64,000 bases of DNA from Candidatus Veblenbacteria bacterium. GTDB lineage: Bacteria > Patescibacteriota > Patescibacteriia > Veblenbacterales > UBA10138. Positions 1-9,831 of this stretch are shown here, piece by piece. The notes under the pieces are model-generated. The model was given only the letters and a program-made list of their open reading frames with translations, ran no database searches and was not told the origin of the DNA. Location: positions 2,863 to 66,862 of the forward strand of contig JAUYKG010000016.1 of the NCBI GenBank assembly GCA_030700105.1. Reading direction: 5' to 3'. Position 1 is the stretch's first letter. The number at the start of each line of letters is the position of its first letter. The translations under genes were made by a program, and so were the position numbers.

Positions 1-3000
1 CAGCCGAGACAAGTTCAGTGGTGCCAGAAGAAGCATCAGCCGATAGTCCGGCCGGAGCAGACCTGCCAGCAGTTCAAGAATCGGAGCTGCCGCTGTTCCA
101 CCTGCGCTTAGCGCTTGGTGGCACCGAATGGCAGCCCTTAGTGGATGTGCCGGTGAGCGTGGGTGCCGAATTACCCGGTGAAGTAGTTTTGCCTTTGTCG
201 GTGCTGGATAATTTGGAGGCTGTGCAGATTGCGCTGGTGGCCCCCAGGCGCGAAGAGGCGTCCATGTATGTGTATTTGGACGCACTGGCTATCGAGGTGG
301 ACTACAAAACAGATTTGTTTACTCCTTTACGGCAACTGGTCCAGCAAAACGATGCCGTGGCCACGGAGTCGTTGGAAATGCCGGCTAATCTGGTGTTTAA
401 TGTGGCAACCACTGATTTTGCCGCTGACGAGGATGTGGTTTTTGATTTGGATTATACGGTGGAACTTATGGGCTTGGGGTACGTGAGGGAGCGTAGTGCT
501 TCAGCTGAAAGCGATAACCTTGTCCCGGATTTTACGATTATTGAGGAAGAGACCACGCCAGCAACGGAGAAAGAGCAGTCTGCCGATATCGTGCCTGAAC
601 CAGGCGAGCAAACATCAAGCGAGACATCTACGAGCGAGGAGTCTACTATTCCCGAGCCCAGTGAGGCATCATCCAGCCCGGAATCTTCAGCCCCGACAGA
701 AACGCCAATCCAAATAGAGCCGCCGGTGCCAGAGGTAGTGCCTGCTCAGACGTCTGAAACTCCGCCCGCCACCATTGAACCACCAGTCCAAGAAGAGGTG
801 CCAATTTCAGTAGGCTCTAAGCCGTGGCGGTCGTTGGTCTTAATCGCTCCAGCGGCGGCGGCCGACACTAAGATTGATATCGTTTCCGCCCAGGTTACAT
901 ACCAGGGCGCGCAGCAGCCGGATCTGGTGCCGGTAATGGAAGAAGTGGGAGCGAGCCAGCGTCTAAAGCTTCCGCGCCCCAGTAACTCGTTCCGTCCCGG
1001 CGCGTACCACCTGGTCGTGGAGCTGACGGATGGGCAAACAACAGTGCAGGTGAGCCAGGATTTTACCTGGGGAGTTTTAGCTATTAACACGAATAAGTCG
1101 GTGTACCAGCCGGGTGAGACCGCGTATTTACAAATGGCGGCGTTGGATGATGCCGGACATACTTTGTGCGAGGCTAATTTACAGATCGCCATTACCTCGC
1201 CCGCAGGGGAACAAGTTACGCTACTAGTAAGCGACGGTAGCATTAGTTTAAGTCCTACCTGCGGCCCGGACAATGTAACAGATGAGCCGGATTACTTTGC
1301 TCGCTACCCGTTGGCTGAGGCGGGTACCTACCGCCTTACGCTTACCAACCTGGACACTGGGCACGGGATAACAGGCGAGGTGGAGGTATGGCAGAGCGTA
1401 CCCTATGTAGTGGAACGCGTAGGGGCTACGCGTATAAACCCTTTTAAGAGCAAGTACCGCATGACGCTTCTAGTAACCGCGCTAGACGGATTTAACGGAG
1501 AACTGCGTGAGGTGGTGCCGGAGGGTTTTGAGGTGGAAGCAGAGACTGGCGGCGAGGTGCGGGCCGGCGAGCAGGGCAGCGTGGTGGCGTGGCGTTTGGA
1601 GCTTGAGCCGGGTGAGAATGCTCAGGTGGCGTATGTATACCAAGCACCCGAGGAGTCTCCACAATTTTACCTTTTGGGCCCGGCTGAGCTGGGCGAACCA
1701 TCATTCCCCCTGGGGCAGTTCTTTGGAGTGTTTGGTGATGTGGTGTTTAATGAAACGCGGCAGTGGCAACTGGCCTCTGATGCCGCTTGGTACTCCGCCA
1801 GTTGGTCCTACCGGGTCAAAGTAACTGTGCAAAATGCCGAGGTGGATGCTGACCTGACGAATTTTCCTGTTTATGTGAACTTGGCGAACTTGCCTGCAGG
1901 ATTTCATACCAACGTCAACCAGACTGATGCCCGGGACATCAGGGTGACAAAATCCGACGGTACTACCGAGCTGGCCCGTGAAGTGGTGTTTTATACCGCC
2001 GCATCTGATACAGGCGAGCTTCATTTCCTGGCTAATTCTTTAGCTAATGCTTCTGATACAGATTTCTATATCTATTATGGAAATGCGGGAGCTTCAGATT
2101 ATGGAGTAACTGATACCTATGGCAGGAATGCCGTATGGGCGGGATATGTGGGAGTTTTTCATTTTAACGAATCATCTGGCGGAGCGGGAGCAATCATAGA
2201 TTCCAGTGGTACAGGGAATGATGCGACTGATACAAATAGTCCGACGTTCGCACAAGCGGGTCAATTAGGAAAATCTATTTATTTCAATGGTGGTACAACA
2301 TTTCCATATATCCGAATAGGAAGCACAAGTCTTTCTTTAACAGATTTCACCATATCTTCTTGGATGAAGTTGATGACTGGCACCACAGAGAATAACGAGA
2401 TGCTTGATTATATAGCTGGAACTGCACCTGACCGTATTCTTATCCGTCCAATAGCAGAATATTTAAAAGTCAACGGAACAACAAAACAAGGAGTCGTAAC
2501 CGCAGACAATAGAGATGCGTGGCATTATTTTGCTTTAACGAAAAACAATTCAACCCCCCTCGCAGAGTATTTCAGGGATGCAATATCAGTAACGACTTTT
2601 GCTTTTACTGCGGGAGCTTCAGATTATGCAGCAACATACGCTGGGGCAAGGTCGTACCACTCTATTTTTTATGAAGATGAGCTTCGTATTAGAACAACGG
2701 TATCGTCAGACGAATGGCTCGCCGCTGAATATTCAAACCAAAACACGCCCACAACATTTTATGCGGTGGGGGCGGAGGAGACCCCCCTCCGCGTCCAAGG
2801 CGTGGTCTATATGGCCAATGAGAGCACCTTGGGTACTTCAGGCAATAGCGGCCCTTGTGATGGCAGTACCGCGGTCATCTCCATACGCATCAATGGGGGT
2901 ACCGCAGCCACGGGCTCGTGTAACGCTACCACGGCAGCCTTTGACATTACCGCTGTTTCAGCCGCCGCTTCCGGCGACACCATCACCGTCTACCTCACCT

Positions 3001-6000
3001 CCACCATGAAAGCCAACACGGTCTATGTCTCGGACGGCAACGCTGATACGGGCATAGACCTGTACGAGAACACGCTCGTGGTGGGGCACGTGAACGCTGG
3101 CCCTGCTACCATTCTCGACCTCCTTGACTACGACAGTACGACCAATAACACTGATATGCTGTTTGACGCCGTGGACGCCACCCCCGACACCTTAACTGTG
3201 GAAGACGGGGTAGAGCTCCACGTACGCACCGCAGAAACCCTGACCCCTGGGGGCACCGTCACCACCTCGTCCTCCTCAAATGGTGCTGATACCAATAAAG
3301 ACGGGGATATCCACATAGATGGCACGGGTACCCTTAGTATGGGTACTAACACCCTCTCGGTCGGTGGGGACTTTAACAATGAAGGCACTTTTTCTAAATC
3401 AACCGGCCAAACCACCACCTTCACCGCTGCCGCCACTGGCCACACTATTACGGACGGGGGAGAGAACTTTGACTCCGTCGCCTTTAACGGTTCGGGCGGT
3501 CCCTGGTACTCCTCCTCCTGGCCCTATCGCGTTAAGGTAACCATTCAAAACACCGAGGTTGACGCTGATCTAACGAGCTTCCCGGTCTACGTCAACCTAG
3601 CCAATTTACCAGCTGGTTTCCACACCAACGTCAACCAAACAGACGCGCGGGACATCAGGGTCACCAAAGCCGACGGCACCACGGAACTGGCCCGAGAAGT
3701 CATGTTCTATACCGCCGCTTCGGACACGGGAGAACTACACTTTCTCGCCGACGCTCTTTCCAATGCCTCTGATACCGATTTCTATATCTACTATGGCAAT
3801 GCGGCTGCGTCTGACTATGCCGTTACGGATACCTATGGCAGAAATGCGGTGTGGGGAGATTACGAAGGTGTTTGGCATTTGAACGAAGCAAGTTCAACCA
3901 GAGTAGATTCCAGCGGGAACGGGAATGATATGACCGATAACAATACCGTTTTATCAGCCGCTGGAAAGCTGGCTGGAAACGGAGCAGATTTTGAAACTTC
4001 CGTCCCAGAATATCTTTCCCGAACCGATGCTAATTTGAGCGCAGGATTTCCTGGTAAAAACGGTACTACACCAGCGGCACTCACTGTTTCTTGGTGGTTC
4101 AAACTGGAATCTTTCGTTACGACAAATGTGATGAATATGATTGCCAAGAATGCCACTACGGAAAATCCATATTTTGGGTATGTATATCCTACAGCTGGGA
4201 ATGATTTTCGGGCACAATTAAGTACTACCATTGCCTCGGCTGCCGATTCTGTGACTTCGGCTGGTGTATGGTATAGAGGAGCTTTGGTATGGGATGGAGC
4301 AGATGCTCAAACTTATATAGACGGCGTGGCAAGCGGTTCATCTGTTTCGGTTTCGTCTGTTCCAACAAATACAGGAAGCCTTTGGTTTGGAACAAGAGGA
4401 AGCTTAGGCACAACCCGTTCTATGGATGGCGTCATTGATGAGATTCGTATCCAAGTCATTGACCGCTCTGCCGACTGGGAAGCCGCCGAATACAGCAACC
4501 AGAGTGCCTCAGCCACGTTTTACAGCGTAGGGGAACAGGAAGGGGCCTGGTATAATGCCAGTTGGGATTATCGGGTAAAAGTAACCATTCAAAATGGTGA
4601 GGTGGACGCCGATCTCACCAGCTTCCCGGTTTACGTCAACCTAGCCAATTTACCAGCTGGTTTCCACACCAACGTCAACCAAACAGACGCGCGGGACATC
4701 GGGGTCACCAAAGCCGACGGCACCACGGAACTGGCCCGTGAAGTCGTGTTCTATACCGCCGCCTCTGATACGGGTGAGCTCCACTTCCTGGCTGACTCCC
4801 TGTCTAATACTGTTGATACTGATTTCTACATCTATTACGGCAACGCCGCTGCCTCTGACTATGCCGTTACCGATACCTATGGCAGAAATGCGGTGTGGGC
4901 AAATCATCTTGCAGTTTATCACTTGGCTGATACCCCAACGGGAAGCGCGGGAGACATAACCGACTCATCGGGGAATGGGAAGCATATGACCTCTGTCAAT
5001 ATGGACAGTGGGAATGTGGTGGCTGGGGCTTGGGGCACTGCTTTGGCCTTTAACGGTACAGACGAGTATGCGCTTATTGCAGAGGCACTTAACGCCACAC
5101 TTCCCGCATCGGTCACTGCAATTGTTAAGCCAACGGATGTTGGGGCAGCAACGGAACGATACTTTTTCTCAACTGCGAAGTCAACCGATGACCTTAACGA
5201 ACAAGTTGCAGGTATAAGGAATACCGATACATATATAACACTCACAAGAGGAGGAGCCCCCAGTGCAGTTGCGGAATCAACGATAGATATGACAGACGAC
5301 GCATATGCTCACGTGGCAAGCGTTTGGACTTCAGCAACGAGCAGAGCGGCATATCTTGATGGTGCAAATAAGGGGACAAACACCACATCAAAAACCGCTG
5401 CTGGGCTTGATAGGAGTGCGATTGGCGTTCGTGCGCGGTCTTCACTTGGAGCATATTGGGAGGGAGAGATTGATGAAATTCGTCTTTACGACGGAACATT
5501 GTCTGACCAATGGATAGCTGCCGAGGCCAGCAACCAGAACACGCCTACTACTTTCTACAGTGTGGGGTCAGTCGATGGTTCTAGCGGTGGCTGGTCCTTT
5601 GCTGACAGCACCACTATAGACGTGGACCTTACCCTGACCGCCGGTACCCTCTCCGGCACCCAAGACCTCACCGTGAACGGAGGAGACGTTACTGGCGACG
5701 GGGACATTAACCTTACTGGTGGTACCTTCCTCTTAGATGGAGCCTCTACCACTGGTTTTGGTGGCGCTACCGCCTGGGACTTTAACAACCTTACCCTGGG
5801 GGATGGTACGGGTACTACGACCACGACCGCAATAGGAGCGGGCGGTGTGACGGTGGCTGCTACGCTCACTATTGCTGCTAACCAAACGCTTGATATGAAC
5901 ACGAACGATCCGCCTCTGGATGTGAATGGTGCTGTTTCCATTAGTGGTACTCTCACTGCTTCGCAAACCGCCGTTTTCTCCGTGGCAGGGGACTTTACCA

Positions 6001-6854
6001 ACAACGGCACCTTCAATAACTCCTCGGGCACCGTTACCTTTGACGGTGCTGGCACCAGTACATTCAACGGTTCCAGCGCTCCGGCCATTACTTTCCACCA
6101 CTTCACCTCCACGACGGCTGGCAAGGTCCTTTCCTTTACCGAGGCCAAAACATTCCGTATTAACGGTGTTCTTACCATCCGCGGCTCCAGCGGCAACCAA
6201 ATTACCATTCGTTCCACTTCAGCCTCCAACCAGTGGCTCATTAACCACCAAGGTACGGAGAGCGTTCAGTACGCAGCCATTTATGATTCAGGGTGCGATG
6301 GCTCAAGTACCTACATTTCTCTGGACAACACCTCCAGTGACGGCGACGGTAACAACGGTACCTGCTGGCTGTTCCCCAGTTTGTCCTTCACCCTCAGCTC
6401 CACTTCAGCCAGCTTAGATTTGAACAGTGCTAATACCTTTACCACCACTGCCTCCACCACGCTCACGGTTACGGCCCGCTCGGCCTTTGGCTACCAGGGT
6501 TACGCTAAACAAACGGATAACCTGAGGCATACCGCCGACGCAGGTATCACCATAGCCGATTGGACCGGCACCAATGCTTCTCCCACGGTATTTAACGAGA
6601 CGTGCATAGCCAACGGTGCTAAGTGCGGGTGGGGGTACAACACGAACGATGCTGGCCTTACCCAGTTCGTGGATTCAACGTACTATGCCGGTTTTGTGCA
6701 GAGCACTACGGGCCCGGGCGATATCGTAGCCACGGCTTCGGGCCCAGTATCGTCCGACGCGACTATTATCACCTATCGTGCCAGCGTGGCTATGACGCAG
6801 GCCGCCGGGCCGTACCAAACAACGGTGGTTTATATAGTTACACCGCAATTCTAG
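1..6854 (+). CDS. Giant secreted/surface protein, 5'-truncated (>2278 aa here). It has three DUF2341-like + LamG-like modules, beta-helix-like G/T-rich repeats, and a conserved C-terminal domain shared with the 8477..9751 product.
   Basis: The ORF at 18..6854 has a reading frame that stays open to the window edge, so the true start is probably upstream. A ~120-aa module appears three times: 'SWxYRVKVT(I/V)QNxEVDADLTxFPVYVNLANLPAGFHTNVNQTDARDI(R/G)VTKxDGTTELAREVxFYTAASDTGELHFL...DTDFYIYYGNA'. Each copy is followed by a LamG/ConA-like segment ending 'DEIRI/ELRI...W(L/I)AAEYSNQ'. The C-terminus 'YRASVAMTQAAGPYQTTVVYIVTPQF' matches the C-terminus of the 424-aa neighbour. Confidence 0.8.
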   Translation, partial: AETSSVVPEEASADSPAGADLPAVQESELPLFHLRLALGGTEWQPLVDVPVSVGAELPGEVVLPLSVLDNLEAVQIALVAPRREEASMYVYLDALAIEVDYKTDLFTPLRQLVQQNDAVATESLEMPANLVFNVATTDFAADEDVVFDLDYTVELMGLGYVRERSASAESDNLVPDFTIIEEETTPATEKEQSADIVPEPGEQTSSETSTSEESTIPEPSEASSSPESSAPTETPIQIEPPVPEVVPAQTSETPPATIEPPVQEEVPISVGSKPWRSLVLIAPAAAADTKIDIVSAQVTYQGAQQPDLVPVMEEVGASQRLKLPRPSNSFRPGAYHLVVELTDGQTTVQVSQDFTWGVLAINTNKSVYQPGETAYLQMAALDDAGHTLCEANLQIAITSPAGEQVTLLVSDGSISLSPTCGPDNVTDEPDYFARYPLAEAGTYRLTLTNLDTGHGITGEVEVWQSVPYVVERVGATRINPFKSKYRMTLLVTALDGFNGELREVVPEGFEVEAETGGEVRAGEQGSVVAWRLELEPGENAQVAYVYQAPEESPQFYLLGPAELGEPSFPLGQFFGVFGDVVFNETRQWQLASDAAWYSASWSYRVKVTVQNAEVDADLTNFPVYVNLANLPAGFHTNVNQTDARDIRVTKSDGTTELAREVVFYTAASDTGELHFLANSLANASDTDFYIYYGNAGASDYGVTDTYGRNAVWAGYVGVFHFNESSGGAGAIIDSSGTGNDATDTNSPTFAQAGQLGKSIYFNGGTTFPYIRIGSTSLSLTDFTISSWMKLMTGTTENNEMLDYIAGTAPDRILIRPIAEYLKVNGTTKQGVVTADNRDAWHYFALTKNNSTPLAEYFRDAISVTTFAFTAGASDYAATYAGARSYHSIFYEDELRIRTTVSSDEWLAAEYSNQNTPTTFYAVGAEETPLRVQGVVYMANESTLGTSGNSGPCDGSTAVISIRINGGTAATGSCNATTAAFDITAVSAAASGDTITVYLTSTMKANTVYVSDGNADTGIDLYENTLVVGHVNAGPATILDLLDYDSTTNNTDMLFDAVDATPDTLTVEDGVELHVRTAETLTPGGTVTTSSSSNGADTNKDGDIHIDGTGTLSMGTNTLSVGGDFNNEGTFSKSTGQTTTFTAAATGHTITDGGENFDSVAFNGSGGPWYSSSWPYRVKVTIQNTEVDADLTSFPVYVNLANLPAGFHTNVNQTDARDIRVTKADGTTELAREVMFYTAASDTGELHFLADALSNASDTDFYIYYGNAAASDYAVTDTYGRNAVWGDYEGVWHLNEASSTRVDSSGNGNDMTDNNTVLSAAGKLAGNGADFETSVPEYLSRTDANLSAGFPGKNGTTPAALTVSWWFKLESFVTTNVMNMIAKNATTENPYFGYVYPTAGNDFRAQLSTTIASAADSVTSAGVWYRGALVWDGADAQTYIDGVASGSSVSVSSVPTNTGSLWFGTRGSLGTTRSMDGVIDEIRIQVIDRSADWEAAEYSNQSASATFYSVGEQEGAWYNASWDYRVKVTIQNGEVDADLTSFPVYVNLANLPAGFHTNVNQTDARDIGVTKADGTTELAREVVFYTAASDTGELHFLADSLSNTVDTDFYIYYGNAAASDYAVTDTYGRNAVWANHLAVYHLADTPTGSAGDITDSSGNGKHMTSVNMDSGNVVAGAWGTALAFNGTDEYALIAEALNATLPASVTAIVKPTDVGAATERYFFSTAKSTDDLNEQVAGIRNTDTYITLTRGGAPSAVAESTIDMTDDAYAHVASVWTSATSRAAYLDGANKGTNTTSKTAAGLDRSAIGVRARSSLGAYWEGEIDEIRLYDGTLSDQWIAAEASNQNTPTTFYSVGSVDGSSGGWSFADSTTIDVDLTLTAGTLSGTQDLTVNGGDVTGDGDINLTGGTFLLDGASTTGFGGATAWDFNNLTLGDGTGTTTTTAIGAGGVTVAATLTIAANQTLDMNTNDPPLDVNGAVSISGTLTASQTAVFSVAGDFTNNGTFNNSSGTVTFDGAGTSTFNGSSAPAITFHHFTSTTAGKVLSFTEAKTFRINGVLTIRGSSGNQITIRSTSASNQWLINHQGTESVQYAAIYDSGCDGSSTYISLDNTSSDGDGNNGTCWLFPSLSFTLSSTSASLDLNSANTFTTTASTTLTVTARSAFGYQGYAKQTDNLRHTADAGITIADWTGTNASPTVFNETCIANGAKCGWGYNTNDAGLTQFVDSTYYAGFVQSTTGPGDIVATASGPVSSDATIITYRASVAMTQAAGPYQTTVVYIVTPQF
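1790..2150 (+). repeat. Intragenic module repeat copy 1 (DUF2341-like), the most diverged copy.
   Basis: A DNA/protein repeat of the module also found at 3500..3880 and 4550..4925. Confidence 0.7.
3500..3880 (+). repeat. Intragenic module repeat copy 2.
   Basis: Positions 3591..3694 match 4635..4738 over 104 nt with one mismatch. Confidence 0.8.
4550..4925 (+). repeat. Intragenic module repeat copy 3.
   Basis: Near-identical to copy 2 over long stretches. Confidence 0.8.
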
Positions 6855-6860
6855 GAAAAG

Positions 6861-6910
6861 CAGTATAAAAACAGTATACAGTATTAAGTATTCAGTATTT
6901 AGTATTTGGT
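6861..6910 (+). repeat. Tandem short repeats of (C)AGTAT(T/A) immediately upstream of the four-helix-bundle gene.
   Basis: cAGTATaaaaacAGTATacAGTATtaAGTATtcAGTATttAGTATttgGTATg: seven units. Confidence 0.6.
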
Positions 6911-7285
6911 ATGGAGAATCCTAAAATTCATTCGTTCAAGGATTTAGTTGTGTGGCAAAAGGCGATTGAACTCGCAGTTATTGTGTACCAACTAACCCAG
7001 AAGTTCCCTAATCAGGAAACATACGGGTTGGTTTCCCAGCTCCGTCGTGCCGCGGTATCGGTTTCTTCCAATATCGCCGAAGGGTTTACCCGTAGCTCTC
7101 GTCGAGAGAAGGTGCAGTTCTATGCCATAGCGCGCGGATCGCTGGCAGAAGTAGAAAGTCAGCTTGAGTTAGCGAGGCGAGTTGGCTATGTGCCTAATAA
7201 CGATTATCATGCGTGCGGTGCTCAACTTGAGGACGTTCGTAGGTTATTGGGTAAGTTCGTTTCAGCAGCAACCGATAAGCCATGA
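6911..7285 (+). CDS. Four-helix-bundle protein (23S rRNA intervening-sequence protein family, TIGR02436-like).
   Basis: 124 aa with the family hallmarks 'FKDLVVWQKAIELAV...YQLTQKFP..E.YGLVSQLRRAAVSVSSNIAEG' and 'FYAIARGSLAEVESQL'. The ATGA overlap with the next gene suggests co-translation. Confidence 0.75.
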   Translation: MENPKIHSFKDLVVWQKAIELAVIVYQLTQKFPNQETYGLVSQLRRAAVSVSSNIAEGFTRSSRREKVQFYAIARGSLAEVESQLELARRVGYVPNNDYHACGAQLEDVRRLLGKFVSAATDKP

Positions 7286-8460
7286 AAAGAAATCTTATAC
7301 TTCTGGCCGTCGTGCTGAGTACTGTATACGGTATACTGTATACTTCTTCGGCAGCTGCTGCCGAAGTTGGTTTCAGTGTGTCCGAGAGTTTGTTTGACAT
7401 CTCCTTGCCGCCCGGGGCCGAACAAGAGGTGCAGTTGGTGGTGTTCAACCAGTCCAACGCCGAGCCATTGCCCGTGCACCTGGAGCTTACCTTGTGGGGC
7501 TTGAACGATGATACCGACAGCATAGAGTTTACGACCGCCGATGAAGCGCTTAATGCCGCGCGCTGGTTTGAGCTTGCGGGTACGCCGGATTTTATTCTAC
7601 AGCCTACGGGAGAGCATGAGGTCGTGTGGAACATCAGCGTACCACCCGAAGCTCCAGCTGGTTCGTACTTGGTAATGGCGCGATTCATACCGGCACTGCC
7701 GGAGCATTACTTTAGCGAAGCGGGTCCGCGTTCCGTACCCGAACTCGGCGTGTTGTTCTTTATTAAGGTGGTGCCTTTGGGTTTTGAGATGGCTGATTCG
7801 TACCGGGCGAGTATAACTTCGTTCCAGCCACAAGGCAGAGGCTGGAAGTTCATACCCGGGGCTGAGGCCGCCGCCAAGGCGGGGCAAGCCGGCGTGTACG
7901 GCAGCCTAGCCAGTGCTTTTCAAGCTCTGGTGAAGAATGAAGGTTTGTACTTTTTCAAAGCGCAAGGGACCGTTGAGGTCAGAGGCTGGTGGGGGAGGCA
8001 GGTGGCGCACTTCGTCTTACCTGAGAAATACCTATTACCGGGTAACACCCGGCAGCTGACAGCACAAAGTGAAACCGAATCCTGGTTCAAGCGTCGGTTG
8101 CATTTCGGGCTGTATCATGCTCAGCTGGCCTTGGCGGTGCCGAACCACGACTTGCCGGTAGTCTCCGAGGTATCATTTTGGGTGATTCCCTGGGACTTTA
8201 TCCTGGCCCTACTAGCTGTAGCTGGTGCGATAATAGCCAGCCGGAGGCGGGTGTGGGCTGCGGCTAGGGCTTTGGCTATCCCTCAGGCTATCTCCCCTAT
8301 TGACCATTCTGACAGTTATGGTATAATTAACCCGTCTTTACCAAGCCCTCCCAAGGCGCGTTCTTGGCCAGGCACTGCCTCGGTCAAGAAAAAGCCCAAG
8401 AGGACGCCACGACGCTTGAGCGAAAAGGCACGCTCTCGCCGCCGTTTAATCCAAGATTAA
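7282..8460 (+). CDS. Exported protein with a cleavable signal peptide, a beta-sandwich ectodomain, and a C-terminal TM anchor plus basic tail (DUF916/DUF3324, CscA-like architecture). It is a paralog of the 9832..10788 product.
   Basis: Signal peptide 'MKRNLILLAVVLSTVYGILYTSSAAAAE'. C-terminal 'FWVIPWDFILALLAVAGAIIASRRR' followed by a K/R/S/P-rich tail. Segments align block by block with the 318-aa paralog (PGAEQEVQLVVFN ~ PGETVENVVRVYN; WFELAGTPDFILQP ~ WVSVEPTDFVLP). Confidence 0.6.
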   Translation: MKRNLILLAVVLSTVYGILYTSSAAAAEVGFSVSESLFDISLPPGAEQEVQLVVFNQSNAEPLPVHLELTLWGLNDDTDSIEFTTADEALNAARWFELAGTPDFILQPTGEHEVVWNISVPPEAPAGSYLVMARFIPALPEHYFSEAGPRSVPELGVLFFIKVVPLGFEMADSYRASITSFQPQGRGWKFIPGAEAAAKAGQAGVYGSLASAFQALVKNEGLYFFKAQGTVEVRGWWGRQVAHFVLPEKYLLPGNTRQLTAQSETESWFKRRLHFGLYHAQLALAVPNHDLPVVSEVSFWVIPWDFILALLAVAGAIIASRRRVWAAARALAIPQAISPIDHSDSYGIINPSLPSPPKARSWPGTASVKKKPKRTPRRLSEKARSRRRLIQD

Positions 8461-8476
8461 TTAAACAAACACGCCT

Positions 8477-9751
8477 ATGCAGTACCTCTATCGTTTCTTA
8501 CGTAAGCCCAACGCCAAGCCGAGCGTGATGGGTCTTGTTTTTGTAACCGTATTGGCGCTTTCCGGGCTGTATGCTTTGGGGGTGCCTCAGCGCACCAATG
8601 CTGCCGCTTTAACAAGCGTAAAGGCTACCCTGAGCGATTCCCGTCCTGGCAACGATGCCAACTGGACCATCCAGTTTGTTATGCCAACCCTCATCAATGA
8701 GAACGACACGATCGTGTTGGGCATTGACACCATAGCCACCGCGGACGAGTTTAACCTCGCCGATATTGCCGAAGCCGCCGGTGCTTCTGACTTTGATTTA
8801 GCGGAGGATACCGACGGCAGCCCGGGTAGCTGCAGTGGCACGCTAACGGACGAAACGTTGGATGCGTCAGCTGGTGCCGCCGCCTGGGGCGTGGGCGTGA
8901 ACACCACTACGGATACCATTACCTTTACCGCGCCTTCTGGCGTCGCCACCTATATTGCCGCCAGCGCTTGCGTGGTCATTGAAATTGGCACCAACGCGAC
9001 CAATGAATTCACGGGCGTGAACCAGATAAACAACCCCTCCAAAACAGCTGCCGCCGGCACGGCCGATGTTAACGACGTGGCTATTAGTTTTACCGGTAAC
9101 GCGGCGGCTGATAGCGGCACGGCCCTGGTTGCTACCGTGGAAGGCGTAACCGTGTCTGTTACGATCGACGAATCACTCTCCGTGGTACTGGCCGAAGTAG
9201 CGGCCGCAAGTTGTCCTAGTACTCTTCCTGGAACTGACAAGTCGGATGAGGCTGGCCACACAGACACAGCCATTGATTTCGGTACATTAACGAGCGGTGA
9301 CGCGTTCTACAACAGCTGTCACCAGCTTACCATTGGCACGAACGCTACCGACGGCTATAGCACGACCGTGTACAAGACCCAGTTGTTAACCGCTGGCTCA
9401 GATACTATTGCCGAGGGCGATTGCAACGCCGGTAGCTGCACCACCACGGGTTCTGGCCTGTGGACCACCACCACCGAGAACGGCTTCGGGTACTGTATGG
9501 ACGACGTAACCGGTGATGCGGCCGTCACGGCTGATGGCTCCGGCTGGACCACTGCTGAACAGTGCGACGACGCTACGCCGGAGTTCAAGCTCTTTGGCAC
9601 AGCCACCGGTAACTCACAAGCCATTATGTCCAGTGCCGCACCGGTATCAGGCGATAACAGCATTATCGCGGCCGTGCTTAACTACTCAGCGAGCCAAGCG
9701 GCCGGTACATACACCACCACGCTGGTATTCGTTACTACGCCCACCTTCTAA
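8477..9751 (+). CDS. Secreted protein (424 aa) whose C-terminal ~170-aa domain is homologous to the giant protein's C-terminus. It is a possible cell-wall-binding, WxL-like module.
   Basis: N-terminal signal/TM segment 'VMGLVFVTVLALSGLYALG'. It is G/T/A/S/D-rich and carries Cys pairs (CPST...C, CNAGSC). The C-terminus 'LNYSASQAAGTYTTTLVFVTTPTF' aligns with the giant protein's 'ITYRASVAMTQAAGPYQTTVVYIVTPQF'. Confidence 0.55.
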   Translation: MQYLYRFLRKPNAKPSVMGLVFVTVLALSGLYALGVPQRTNAAALTSVKATLSDSRPGNDANWTIQFVMPTLINENDTIVLGIDTIATADEFNLADIAEAAGASDFDLAEDTDGSPGSCSGTLTDETLDASAGAAAWGVGVNTTTDTITFTAPSGVATYIAASACVVIEIGTNATNEFTGVNQINNPSKTAAAGTADVNDVAISFTGNAAADSGTALVATVEGVTVSVTIDESLSVVLAEVAAASCPSTLPGTDKSDEAGHTDTAIDFGTLTSGDAFYNSCHQLTIGTNATDGYSTTVYKTQLLTAGSDTIAEGDCNAGSCTTTGSGLWTTTTENGFGYCMDDVTGDAAVTADGSGWTTAEQCDDATPEFKLFGTATGNSQAIMSSAAPVSGDNSIIAAVLNYSASQAAGTYTTTLVFVTTPTF

Positions 9752-9831
9752 ACCCACGAACATCTGGCAGAGAGTTTTCCAGATTCCGCTTTGTACTTGA
9801 TGACGATACGGACAGCTGATAAATTTAATCC

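Noticed and set aside
5555-6241. 228-aa and 155-aa ORFs (5555..6241 and 5733..6200, minus strand), plus several other 60–175-aa ORFs on both strands inside the giant surface-protein gene.
   Set aside because: They are fully embedded, mostly antisense, in a long high-GC repetitive coding region whose sense frame has strong domain-level similarity. Open antisense frames are expected at this GC content. They have no RBS or independent signals.
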